NCBI GenBank assembly: GCA_900544945.1
Contig: UQXG01000001.1
Span: 1-46,468, forward strand
DNA length: 46,468 nt
Reading direction: 5' to 3'
Source of the DNA: an uncultured Eubacteriales bacterium
Lineage (GTDB): Bacteria > Bacillota > Clostridia > Oscillospirales > Oscillospiraceae
The notes under the pieces are model-generated. The model saw only the letters and a list, made by a program, of their open reading frames with translations. It searched no databases and had not been told where the DNA came from. The translations under genes and the position numbers were made by a program. Below are positions 16,360-25,134 of this stretch, piece after piece (the stretch's first letter is position 1; every line of letters begins with the position of its first letter).

Positions 16360-17961
16360 ATGCAGAACGAATACGTACTGGAAATGAAGCACATCAGCAA
16401 GCAGTACGGCAATAACGCGGTTCTGAGCGATGTGTCTCTTTCCGTAAGGCCCGGCGAGATCCACGCGCTTCTCGGCGAGAACGGTGCAGGCAAATCCACC
16501 CTGATGAATACCCTGTTCGGTATGCCTGTGATTCACAGCACCGGTGGATTTGAGGGAGAAATCTTTCTGAATGGGGAGAAGGTCAATATTCTTTCTCCTC
16601 AGGACGCCATGACCATGGGTATTGGCATGGTGCATCAGGAATTCATGCTCCTGCCCGGCTTTACGATTACAGAGAACATTAAGCTCAACCGGGAAATTGC
16701 CAAGCCCAATCCCGTCAGCCGAATCCTGGGTAAGGATTTGGAGACTCTGGATTTTCCTGCCATGCGCAAGGATGCCCGGAAGGCTCTGGACAGCGTGGGC
16801 ATGAACCTGGACGAGAATACGCTGGTGCGGGGACTGCCTGTAGGCTATATGCAGTTCGTGGAAATCGCCCGGGAAATTGACAAGACCGGCGTGAAGCTGC
16901 TGGTATTCGATGAGCCCACCGCCGTTCTGACGGAGTCTGAGGCAGATCAGCTGATTTCCGTTATGAAGCAGATTGCCGCCAGCGGCATCGCAATCATTTT
17001 CATCACCCATCGTCTGGATGAGGTTATGGCCGCTTCCAATCACATCACCATCCTCCGGGACGGCAAGCTGGTTGCCACCAGAGCCGTGGAGAATACCTCC
17101 ATTGTGGAGCTGGCGGAGCTGATGATCGGCCGGAAGGGCGAGGCGGTTGTCCACGCCGAGGCCCGGAGCACCCATTCCGACACCGTAGCCATGCACCTGG
17201 AGAATCTCCGGGTAGATATGCCCGGCGAGCGTGTCCGGGGCATTACCATGGACATCTACGAGGGCGAGATCCTTGGCATCGGCGGCCTGGCCGGCCAGGG
17301 CAAGCTGGGCATTCCCAACGGCGTGCTCGGCCTTTATGACATGGAAGGCACTGTGGAGCTGTTCGGCAAGGAGCTGAAGCCCGGCGATACCAAGGAAGCG
17401 CTGAATGCCGGTATCGCTATGGTTTCCGAGGATCGGAAGACGGTCGGCTTGCTGCTGGATCAGGCCATTGAAGATAATATTGTATTCAACGCTATGCAGG
17501 TCAAGGGCGACTATCTGAACAAAATCGGCCCCTTTACCCTGAAAAACAGCGGCAAGATTCGTGCCACTGCCGAAGAGATGATCCAGGAACTGGATATCCG
17601 CTGCTTCGGCCCCACCCAGGCGGCGGGCACTCTGTCCGGCGGCAACCAGCAGAAGGTCTGCATTGCCCGGGCTCTGTGCATGAATCCCAAATTCCTGTTC
17701 GTTTCCGAGCCCACCCGTGGCATTGACATCGGAGCCAAGAAGCTGGTGCTGGAGACGCTGGTGAAGCTGAACCGGGAGAAGGATATGACCGTGGTCATCA
17801 TTTCCTCAGAACTTCAGGAACTGCGCAGCATTTCCGACCGGATTGCCATCGTCTCCGAGGGCAAGCTGGTGGATGTGCTGGCACCGGACGCTTCCGATGC
17901 GGACTTCGGCCTGGCCATGTCCGGCATCAAGCCCTCCGAACACAACAAGAAAGAAGGTTAA
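16360..17961 (+). CDS. CUT2/sugar-type ABC ATP-binding protein (two NBDs)
   Basis: GENGAGKST, FDEPTA, ITHRL, LSGGNQQKV and EPTRGIDIGAK. Confidence 0.95.
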   Translation: MQNEYVLEMKHISKQYGNNAVLSDVSLSVRPGEIHALLGENGAGKSTLMNTLFGMPVIHSTGGFEGEIFLNGEKVNILSPQDAMTMGIGMVHQEFMLLPGFTITENIKLNREIAKPNPVSRILGKDLETLDFPAMRKDARKALDSVGMNLDENTLVRGLPVGYMQFVEIAREIDKTGVKLLVFDEPTAVLTESEADQLISVMKQIAASGIAIIFITHRLDEVMAASNHITILRDGKLVATRAVENTSIVELAELMIGRKGEAVVHAEARSTHSDTVAMHLENLRVDMPGERVRGITMDIYEGEILGIGGLAGQGKLGIPNGVLGLYDMEGTVELFGKELKPGDTKEALNAGIAMVSEDRKTVGLLLDQAIEDNIVFNAMQVKGDYLNKIGPFTLKNSGKIRATAEEMIQELDIRCFGPTQAAGTLSGGNQQKVCIARALCMNPKFLFVSEPTRGIDIGAKKLVLETLVKLNREKDMTVVIISSELQELRSISDRIAIVSEGKLVDVLAPDASDADFGLAMSGIKPSEHNKKEG

Positions 17962-17967
17962 GCGCAG

Positions 17968-19830
17968 ATGACGAAGAATAAAGTAAGAAGAAGCGTTGCT
18001 GCCTTGCTGTGCGTAGCCTGCGTTGTGCTGCTGGTGCTGGGCGGACTGAACCTGCCGAAGAAGAGTAACGCCAAGGGCGAAGCCATTCTGGAGAACCTCC
18101 GGGTGCGGATGCTGCTGAACGTTACTGGCGCAGGCGTGGTAGAAAGCTATGTAAACATTGCAAAGCAGGAGGCTCAGGCCAAGGCCAAGGCTGAGGGCGG
18201 CGGAATGGCCGCCATCCGGGAAGCCGTTAAGAAGGCGGAGGAGGATACCCGGGCCAAGTATGAAAACGCGGAATTTGCTGCCGGCGTGGTTGCCAGTCCG
18301 GAGCTGATTGCCGCTGCGGATGCTTATAACGGGGCGATGATGCGTCACGGTGAGCTGGAGACCGCTGCCCAGCAGGCCTACATCGATGCCCACTACGAAG
18401 AGGCAAAGGCCAAGATGGAAGCCGAGCGGGAAGCCCTGCTTGCCGAGGGCAAGGAGGTTTCCGAGGACGAAACCGTGGAAGTGGATATGAGCGGCTTCGT
18501 TGCCACCCAGGAAATGCTGGATGCCCAGGCTGTGGTGGACAGCGCCTATGTGGCTTTGGGTCAGGAGCTGAAGAAGGTCTACAACGTTCTGGACGATGAG
18601 GCCCTGGCTTCCCTCCGGGGGACTGTGGACGGCCTGATGTATCAGCCCGGCGACGATTTCGACACCCAGTATGACCGGTATCTGGATCAGTGCGGCGGCA
18701 AGTCCACGGCTTCCGGTTATCTGGTTCGTCACTCCGATGATCTGATTTATACCGCTCTGGCGCTGCTGGTGACGGCGGCTCTGCTGGCCTTCTATGAGTG
18801 GCTGGTTGCCAAGCTGGGTGTGCCTCGTGTTATCATCGGCGTGTTCTTTGTCCTGCTGTGCTTCATGACGCTGTGGTTCGATCTGTCCCTGCCCACGCTG
18901 CTCAGCAATACCGTGGTGCGCACCGGCATGAACTCCATCATGGTTCTGGCCATGGTGCCCGGTATTCAGTGCGGCATCAGCCTGAACCTGGGTCTGCCCA
19001 TCGGCCTGGTGGCCGGCCTGATCGGCGGCCTGATGACCATTGAGCTGGGAATTCCCGGCTGGGGCGGCTTCCTGTTTGCCATTGCTGTGGGCTGCGCCAT
19101 TGCCGCCGTCTGCGGCTATCTGTATGCCCAGATGCTGAACCGGCTGAAGGGTGAGGAGATGTCCGTCACCACCTACGTTGGCTTCTCCATCGTGTCTTTG
19201 ATGTGCATTGCCTGGCTGGTGCTGCCCTTCAAGTCTCTGAAGCTGCGCTGGCCTCTGGGCACCGGCCTTCGGAACACCATCGGCCTGGATTCCACCAACT
19301 TCAAGCACATCCTCGACGAGTTCCTGGCCTTCAAGATTGGCGATTTCACCGTGCCTACGGGACTGCTCCTGTTCATGGCACTGTGCTGCCTGCTGGTGTG
19401 GCTGTTCTCCCGGAGCAAGACCGGTGTGGCCATGCAGGCTGTGGGCAACAATCCCCGGTTTTCCCAGGCTGCGGGCATCAATGTAGATAAAATGCGGATC
19501 GTGGGCACCACCCTGTCCACGGTGCTGGGTGCGGTGGGCATTCTGGTCTATTCCCAGAGCTACGGCTTCATGCAGCTGTACACCGCTCCCCGCCAGATGG
19601 GCTTCGTGGCCGCTTCCGCCATTCTGATTGGCGGTGCCTCCACCTCCCGGTGCAAGATCAGCCATGTGCTTATCGGCACCTTCCTGTTCCAGGGCGTTCT
19701 GACCCTGGGAATGCCTGTGGCAAACGTGCTGGTTCCCGGCTCCACCATTTCCGAAACTCTGCGTATTCTCATTTCCAACGGCATCATTCTGTATGCTCTG
19801 ACCAAATCCGGAGGTGATTCCCGTGCATGA
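17968..19830 (+). CDS. ABC permease (BPD_transp_2-like) with a long N-terminal extension
   Basis: C-terminal ~340 aa multi-TM with GISLNLGL, SKTGVAMQAVG.NPRF..AAGI and ILIGGAS. About 230 aa of soluble helical sequence follow the first TM. Confidence 0.88.
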   Translation: MTKNKVRRSVAALLCVACVVLLVLGGLNLPKKSNAKGEAILENLRVRMLLNVTGAGVVESYVNIAKQEAQAKAKAEGGGMAAIREAVKKAEEDTRAKYENAEFAAGVVASPELIAAADAYNGAMMRHGELETAAQQAYIDAHYEEAKAKMEAEREALLAEGKEVSEDETVEVDMSGFVATQEMLDAQAVVDSAYVALGQELKKVYNVLDDEALASLRGTVDGLMYQPGDDFDTQYDRYLDQCGGKSTASGYLVRHSDDLIYTALALLVTAALLAFYEWLVAKLGVPRVIIGVFFVLLCFMTLWFDLSLPTLLSNTVVRTGMNSIMVLAMVPGIQCGISLNLGLPIGLVAGLIGGLMTIELGIPGWGGFLFAIAVGCAIAAVCGYLYAQMLNRLKGEEMSVTTYVGFSIVSLMCIAWLVLPFKSLKLRWPLGTGLRNTIGLDSTNFKHILDEFLAFKIGDFTVPTGLLLFMALCCLLVWLFSRSKTGVAMQAVGNNPRFSQAAGINVDKMRIVGTTLSTVLGAVGILVYSQSYGFMQLYTAPRQMGFVAASAILIGGASTSRCKISHVLIGTFLFQGVLTLGMPVANVLVPGSTISETLRILISNGIILYALTKSGGDSRA

Positions 19831-21070
19831 TCTGCGTAAGAAATACGATATCGGCGAACTGCTGCGGGCCAATGCAGTTACCATCATGTTCGTGGTGCTG
19901 TGTATCATCTGCCTGATTTTCAGCGGACAGACCGTTCCCTATGTGATGTATGAGCTGTTCGGGCGGCTCAGCCGGAACGCCTTCATCGTTCTGGCTCTGA
20001 TTCTGCCCATCATTGCGGGCATGGGCATCAACTTCGCCATTACCATCGGTGCCATGGCAGCCCAGATTTCCGCCCTGTGGGTCATCGAGTGGGGCATCAG
20101 CGGCCTGGGCGGCTTCCTGGTCGCCATGCTGATGACCGTTCCCATTGCCGGCTTCTTCGGCTACCTCATCGGCAACCTGCTCAACAAGATGAAGGGTCAG
20201 GAAATGATCGGCGGCCTGATTCTGGGCTACTTTGCCAACGGCCTGTATCAGCTGCTGTTCCTGTTCATCTTCGGCAATCTGATTCCCCTGAACGCCCCGG
20301 GCCTGGTCATCAAGGGCTCCACCGGCGTTGCCAATACCATCGACCTGTCTACCGATCGGGGCTTCAAGTATGCTCTGGACGGCATCTGGAACGTACCTTT
20401 CGGCACTGGATTGTATATCTTCTGCGGCCTGTTTGTGGTGTACGCGGTTGCAAAGCTCCTGCTGAAGAAGTCTGACAAGAAAAAGACTCTGGTGACCGTG
20501 GGCATCTGCGCCGCGGCTTGCATTCTGTACCAGATTCCTGCCGTTTCTGCCCTCTTTGCCATGGTCAAGGTGCCTATGGTCACCTTCCTGGTGGTGGCGC
20601 TGCTGTGCCTGTTCAACAATGCTCTGATGAAGACCCGTCTGGGTCAGCAGTTCCGGGCGGTTGGCCAGAGCCGGACGGTTGCCAACGTCTCCGGCATCAA
20701 CGTGGATAAGGTTCGTGTGATCGCCATCATGATCTCCACGGTGTTGGCCGGCTGGGGTCAGTTGATCTTCGTTCAGAACATGGGCTCCTTCCAGACCTAT
20801 GGCGCCCATGAGCAGGTAGGCCTGTACGCCGGTGCAGCCATTCTGGTTGGCGGCGCTTCCATTCGGAAGGCCACCAACGGTCAGGCACTGCTGGGCTGTA
20901 TCCTGTTCCATCTGCTGTTCATCGTGGCTCCCTCCGCCGGTAAGAATCTGTTCGGAGATGCGGCCATCGGCGAGTATTTCCGGGTGTTCATTTCCTATGG
21001 CGTTATCGCCCTGGCTCTGGTCATGCACGCATGGAGCGGCGTTCAGAGCAAAAAGAAAAAGAAGGCGTAA
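19823..21070 (+). CDS. ABC permease
   Basis: GMGINFAI, KTRLGQQFRAVGQ..A..SGINV and ILVGGAS. GTG 19823 follows GGAGGT. Confidence 0.9.
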   Translation: MHDLRKKYDIGELLRANAVTIMFVVLCIICLIFSGQTVPYVMYELFGRLSRNAFIVLALILPIIAGMGINFAITIGAMAAQISALWVIEWGISGLGGFLVAMLMTVPIAGFFGYLIGNLLNKMKGQEMIGGLILGYFANGLYQLLFLFIFGNLIPLNAPGLVIKGSTGVANTIDLSTDRGFKYALDGIWNVPFGTGLYIFCGLFVVYAVAKLLLKKSDKKKTLVTVGICAAACILYQIPAVSALFAMVKVPMVTFLVVALLCLFNNALMKTRLGQQFRAVGQSRTVANVSGINVDKVRVIAIMISTVLAGWGQLIFVQNMGSFQTYGAHEQVGLYAGAAILVGGASIRKATNGQALLGCILFHLLFIVAPSAGKNLFGDAAIGEYFRVFISYGVIALALVMHAWSGVQSKKKKKA

Positions 21071-22596
21071 TTTGCCAGCATCACAGAGTCAGGCCTCCGG
21101 CCTGGCTCTGTTTTTTTCGTGCCCAGAATGCTGCGGAGCCAGGCCAGATCCTGGGCAGATATTACTCCCAGCAGCCATATCAGACACCCCAGAAGTACAA
21201 GATGGAACAGACACTGCATTTCAGGCCCCGGAGCCCGGGCGGCGATTTGCTGGGAAAGAATTGCGGCTGCCAGTGCTTTACAGATTTGTCCCATGGGCAG
21301 GTTGACCCGGGAAATTTTTAGAAGCCGCCGGAGACTCAGCAGAAAATTCACCCCATGGGAGATAAAAAAGCTGAGAAAATACCCCTGCATCCCGTAGTAT
21401 GGCAGCAAGACGAAGAGCATTCCCACGTCCATGGCGGAGGTGAGAATGTTATAGCGTACGCAAGCCCGCTGCTGCCCCAGGCCTTTGGTCATGGCATCGA
21501 TGATGGCGTCGCAGTACAGCATGGGAATCAGCGGCGCGTATCGCCGCAGAGACAGGGCTGCCTCCGCATTGCCGTAAAACCGCAGACAAAGAGGCTCTGC
21601 CAAAAAGCGCAGCAGCCCGGAAATTACCAAGGCATACAGAAGTGCCGCTTTCAGGCTCCGGCGGACAAGGTAGCGAATCCGGCCTTCGTTGCCCCCGGCG
21701 GCGCACCGGGCAAGTTCCGGGATGAGAAGCTCCGCCAGACCGAAGAGAATGCAGGCCGGAAACATGAGAATGGGAAAGGTCATGCCGCTGACAATGCCGA
21801 AGCTGGCCAGGGGGTTGACAATGGCCGGATTCCGGGCCAGTCGCTTGGGCACCATCAGGTTTTCGGCGGTGCTGATACCGGCTTTCAGTACGTCTGCCGC
21901 CGCCAGAGGCAGGGCAATCCGACACAGCCGCTTCCCAATCCGGGGAGCCGTTCCGGCTGTCGGGTGTTCTTTTTGCCGCAGAATTACCAGGCAGCCCAGG
22001 GTCAGACAGCTGCCCAGACTGCTGCCTAGGACCACGCACAGGCAGGCACGGACGGCACTGGTGCCGGCCCAGAGCTTTAACGCCAGCATAGTCAGCCCCA
22101 TGGAGCACATCTGCTCGGCCACCTCCACGGCGGCCAGGGTTCCGATGCGGTTGGCGGCGGTGAAGTAGCCGGTCATCACGCAGCACAGGCAGGTGACGGG
22201 CAGGAAGGCCGCCAATAGCCGCAGAGCACCCGCAGTCTGGGCGTTCCCAATCCAGCAGTCCGCCAGCCAGGGAGCCATCCGGTAGAGTACCAGGGCAGCG
22301 CAGCCGCTGCATAGGATGCTGTAAACAAAGCAAGCGGAAAGCGCGTGGGTCACGTTTTCCGGCCGCTTTCGACCCAGCTCCTCGGCAGTGAGATACATGG
22401 CGGCGGTGCGCACCCCGCCGATTCCAGCGACGAGAGACAGAGAGCCCACGGACAGCACCAGCTGCAATAGCCCGATGCCCTCCGGCCCGATCCGACCGGA
22501 CAGATACACCTGAAAGGAAGTGCCTACCAGCCGCAGCAGCAGATTGACCCCGGTAAGCAGCAGCGCGGAATAAAAAATGGGAAGCCGTCTGGACAA
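21043..22596 (-). CDS. SpoVB/MurJ-like MOP-superfamily flippase
   Basis: YLSGRIGPEGIGLLQL, EVAEQ, LIPEL and KGLGQQ, with many TM helices. TTG start 22596 follows AGGGAGG. Confidence 0.85.
   Translation of the reverse strand: MSRRLPIFYSALLLTGVNLLLRLVGTSFQVYLSGRIGPEGIGLLQLVLSVGSLSLVAGIGGVRTAAMYLTAEELGRKRPENVTHALSACFVYSILCSGCAALVLYRMAPWLADCWIGNAQTAGALRLLAAFLPVTCLCCVMTGYFTAANRIGTLAAVEVAEQMCSMGLTMLALKLWAGTSAVRACLCVVLGSSLGSCLTLGCLVILRQKEHPTAGTAPRIGKRLCRIALPLAAADVLKAGISTAENLMVPKRLARNPAIVNPLASFGIVSGMTFPILMFPACILFGLAELLIPELARCAAGGNEGRIRYLVRRSLKAALLYALVISGLLRFLAEPLCLRFYGNAEAALSLRRYAPLIPMLYCDAIIDAMTKGLGQQRACVRYNILTSAMDVGMLFVLLPYYGMQGYFLSFFISHGVNFLLSLRRLLKISRVNLPMGQICKALAAAILSQQIAARAPGPEMQCLFHLVLLGCLIWLLGVISAQDLAWLRSILGTKKTEPGRRPDSVMLANYAFFFFLL
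21083..21117 (+). terminator. Intrinsic terminator of ABC operon
   Basis: ACAGAGTCAGGCC-tcc-GGCCTGGCTCTGT followed by a T-tract. Confidence 0.8.
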
Positions 22597-22617
22597 AAAA
22601 ATCCCTCCCTTGTCCAC

Positions 22618-22647
22618 AATCTATGCAGACGCGGGAGGGGGTTATGA
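22618..22647 (-). promoter_or_regulatory. sigmaE-type promoter
   Basis: TCATAA-16 nt-CATAGATT on the minus strand, matching the mother-cell sigmaE consensus upstream of a spoVB-like gene. Confidence 0.6.
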
Positions 22648-22650
22648 CTT

Positions 22651-22817
22651 TAGGGAAGCTCTGATTAAATCCACAAGAGCTGACAGCGAGAGATTTTTTG
22701 CTAGACGAAAGTTCTGAAAGTGGAGAAATACTGTATGTATTTCCCACTTTCGGAACTGCACGGATAGGGAAAAAGATCCGCTGTTCAGCCGAAGGGGATT
22801 TATTCAGAGTTTCCTTA
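22651..22817. mobile_element. MITE-like palindromic element, family B
   Basis: Terminal IR AGGGAAGCTCTGATTAAATCC / GGATTTATTCAGAGTTTCCTT (18/21) with TA at both ends. Central hairpin AGTTCTGAAAGTGGAGAAATAC / GTATTTCCCACTTTCGGAACT. Only one copy in the window. Confidence 0.65.
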
Positions 22818-23447
22818 AGCTTCGGGATTGAATTCCTTGCAATAGGGAACCAGGGGGCAGTGACCGCAGTCCGGATTTCGGGCGGTGCAGCAGTCCCGAC
22901 CGAAGAGAACGATCCGGTGACAGAAATCGCTGCTTTCTTCCGGCGGCAGGATGGCGCGCAATTGCCGCTCTACCTTCTCCGGCTCCTTGCCGTGAGACAG
23001 GCCAAGTCTTCCGCAGATGCGGATGCAGTGGGTGTCACAGACCACGCTACCCGGCACGCCATACAGGTCACCCAGCAGCAGATTGGCGGTTTTCCGGCCC
23101 ACTCCGGGGATTTTCAGCAGCTCATCCATAGTGCCCGGCACCTTGCCGCCGTAGCTGTTCAGGAGCATTTGGCAGCCCAGAACAATGTCTCTGGCCTTGT
23201 GCTTATAGAAGCCGCAGGAGCGCACCAGCTCCTCCACACGGGAGATGTCCGCGTTTGCCATGGCCTCCAGGGTGGGGTAGGCGGCGAACAGGGCCGGGGT
23301 CACCTGGTTCACCCGGGCATCGGTGCACTGGGCGGAGAGCCGGACGGCAATCATCAGCTCGTAGTCTTTTACGTAATGCAGGGCGCAGGGGGCACTGCCG
23401 TAACGCTCCTTCAAAATGGCGATAATGGCATTTACTTTCTCTTCCAT
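22815..23447 (-). CDS. nth: Endonuclease III
   Basis: LSAQCTD, HhH IPGVGRKTAN, DTH and the C-x6-C-x2-C-x5-C FeS motif. Own promoter TTGTAA-17-TATAAT at 23502-23474. Confidence 0.96.
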   Translation of the reverse strand: MEEKVNAIIAILKERYGSAPCALHYVKDYELMIAVRLSAQCTDARVNQVTPALFAAYPTLEAMANADISRVEELVRSCGFYKHKARDIVLGCQMLLNSYGGKVPGTMDELLKIPGVGRKTANLLLGDLYGVPGSVVCDTHCIRICGRLGLSHGKEPEKVERQLRAILPPEESSDFCHRIVLFGRDCCTARNPDCGHCPLVPYCKEFNPEA

Positions 23448-23496
23448 ACTTGCGGCTTCCTTTCTTTTTCGCCATTATACCAGAAAATCCGGGAAA

Positions 23497-24123
23497 TTAC
23501 AATCCGCTATTTTCTTCCTCCGGGAAAATCCGATAGGCCTCCAGAGCGGAAATCTCATAGGCCGTCCGGTTTTCACTTCCGGTTTCCGTCACCTTGGTGT
23601 AACCCCGGCTTTGGAGCCGTCCCAGAATTTGCAGTACGTCCCGGGTATGGAACTGGGCGCATTCCTGGGCGGTTTTGCCCCAGAGAATGCAGGGCAGATA
23701 GTCTGCCCGGCGGAAGGGACGGGGGACAGCCAGCATCACGTCGCAGATTTCCCGCCCCAGGGGCGTGCGGCGGTAGATGGGCTCCCGGCACAGGGGTCCC
23801 TCCAGGGAAACCTCGTTGATGGGTGCGCCGTCCTCACAGACGATGTGACTGGCAAAGACGAAAATCAGCAGTCTGCGCCGACCGTTTTCCCGAAGATTGT
23901 GGGAGCGCACCTGGCCGGTGACGGTGAGCATTTCCCCGTCGGACAGATCGATTTCATTTAGAATCTCTTCCTGAGCAATCACCGGCAGAGTGTCCACCGT
24001 GCCGGACAGCCGGGGCACCTCCAGGGAAAACCGGAAAAACCGGCGGCCGTGGTTTTCGTGGGAAAATTGGGGAAGACAGCCCAGGCTTCCCCGAAGGACA
24101 ACATGGTTTGCAGTCAGTTCCAT
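23497..24123 (-). CDS. ssb: Single-stranded DNA-binding protein, tandem-OB clostridial type
   Basis: Two OB-like halves (NHVVLRG..VPRLSG..VTGQVRS; NEVSLEG..RRTPLGREI..DYLPCILWG..GRLQSR..YEIS). Confidence 0.88.
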   Translation of the reverse strand: MELTANHVVLRGSLGCLPQFSHENHGRRFFRFSLEVPRLSGTVDTLPVIAQEEILNEIDLSDGEMLTVTGQVRSHNLRENGRRRLLIFVFASHIVCEDGAPINEVSLEGPLCREPIYRRTPLGREICDVMLAVPRPFRRADYLPCILWGKTAQECAQFHTRDVLQILGRLQSRGYTKVTETGSENRTAYEISALEAYRIFPEEENSGL

Positions 24124-24171
24124 AGTACCACCTCAAGTACAGAGTATGGAACATCCTATGGCCTCCCGGAG

Positions 24172-24202
24172 AAAAAGAGAACCCGGCACCAGGGGTGCCG
24201 GG
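24172..24202 (-). terminator. Intrinsic terminator after rhomboid-like gene
   Basis: CCCGGCACC/GGTGCCGGG stem with a minus-strand T-rich tail. Confidence 0.65.
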
Positions 24203-24208
24203 CGATGA

Positions 24209-25075
24209 TTACTGAATATGAACGTGGTTGTTGATATGATCCTGGCAGTAGCAGTAATAGCCCTTGCACTTGGAGCAGTACCGGAATTCCAGCTCCGGGT
24301 TCGACACATCCGTTCGGCCGCAGACCGTGCACTTGTGGGTGTAGGGGGCCTTGGGGGCGGCGTGGCTGGCTTCGTAGGAGCCGGCGTCGAACTGGATGAC
24401 CTTTGCCCTTCGTGTGGTCTGGGGCTTTTTCCGGAACAGCCGGGAAGCGTTGGCACGCCAGCTCATAGGGACAACGTTCAGCACGTCCTTCCCAAAGAAC
24501 AGGAAGTAGTTTGCAAGAGATACCACCGAGAACAGATTGTAGGGGAAGGGATAGGATACCAGGCCGATGACCACGAATACCAGATCGACAAGAGCGAAAA
24601 TCCAGGCCTTCACGGGAATGATGAAGAACAGCAGGAAATGGGCATCCGGGAACAGGGTGGCGTAGGCCAGGAACAGGCTCAGGTTCAGATAGACCACGTC
24701 TGCCTGACCGCCGAAGAGCAGACAGTAGATGTCCATCATCACCACGCCGGACAGATAATACAGGTTAAATCGAAGGGTGCCCCAGATGTTCTCCATGGCT
24801 CGTCCCAGGGAGTAGTAGCAGAACAGGGAGACGGCAGTCAGCAGCAGATTTCCGGCACTGTAGGTCAGCGGATAGGTGATAAGCCGCCAGACCTGACCCT
24901 GTAAAATGGCGCCCCGGTCGAAGCAGAGCAGGTAGTACAAAAAGGCGTTTCCGTACATCCGGCTCATGACGTACACCACGGCGGTGCCCAGGACGATGTA
25001 GAGCATCAGGTTGGGAATGCCCTTATTCCGGTTTTTATAGCAGTAAAGCTCAAACTTTCTGCGAAGGTTTTTCAT
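24209..25075 (-). CDS. Rhomboid-like membrane protein with C-terminal Zn finger
   Basis: GQVWRLITY (WR motif), G..ME..WG..RF, FIIPVKA and C-terminal CTVC..CSKC..CYCQDH..HVH. ATG 25075 follows GGAGG. Confidence 0.78.
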   Translation of the reverse strand: MKNLRRKFELYCYKNRNKGIPNLMLYIVLGTAVVYVMSRMYGNAFLYYLLCFDRGAILQGQVWRLITYPLTYSAGNLLLTAVSLFCYYSLGRAMENIWGTLRFNLYYLSGVVMMDIYCLLFGGQADVVYLNLSLFLAYATLFPDAHFLLFFIIPVKAWIFALVDLVFVVIGLVSYPFPYNLFSVVSLANYFLFFGKDVLNVVPMSWRANASRLFRKKPQTTRRAKVIQFDAGSYEASHAAPKAPYTHKCTVCGRTDVSNPELEFRYCSKCKGYYCYCQDHINNHVHIQ

Positions 25076-25134
25076 GGCAGAGCCTCCAATAGTCATATTG
25101 AACCTATTCTATCAGGAAAGCCGGAAAAAGTCTA

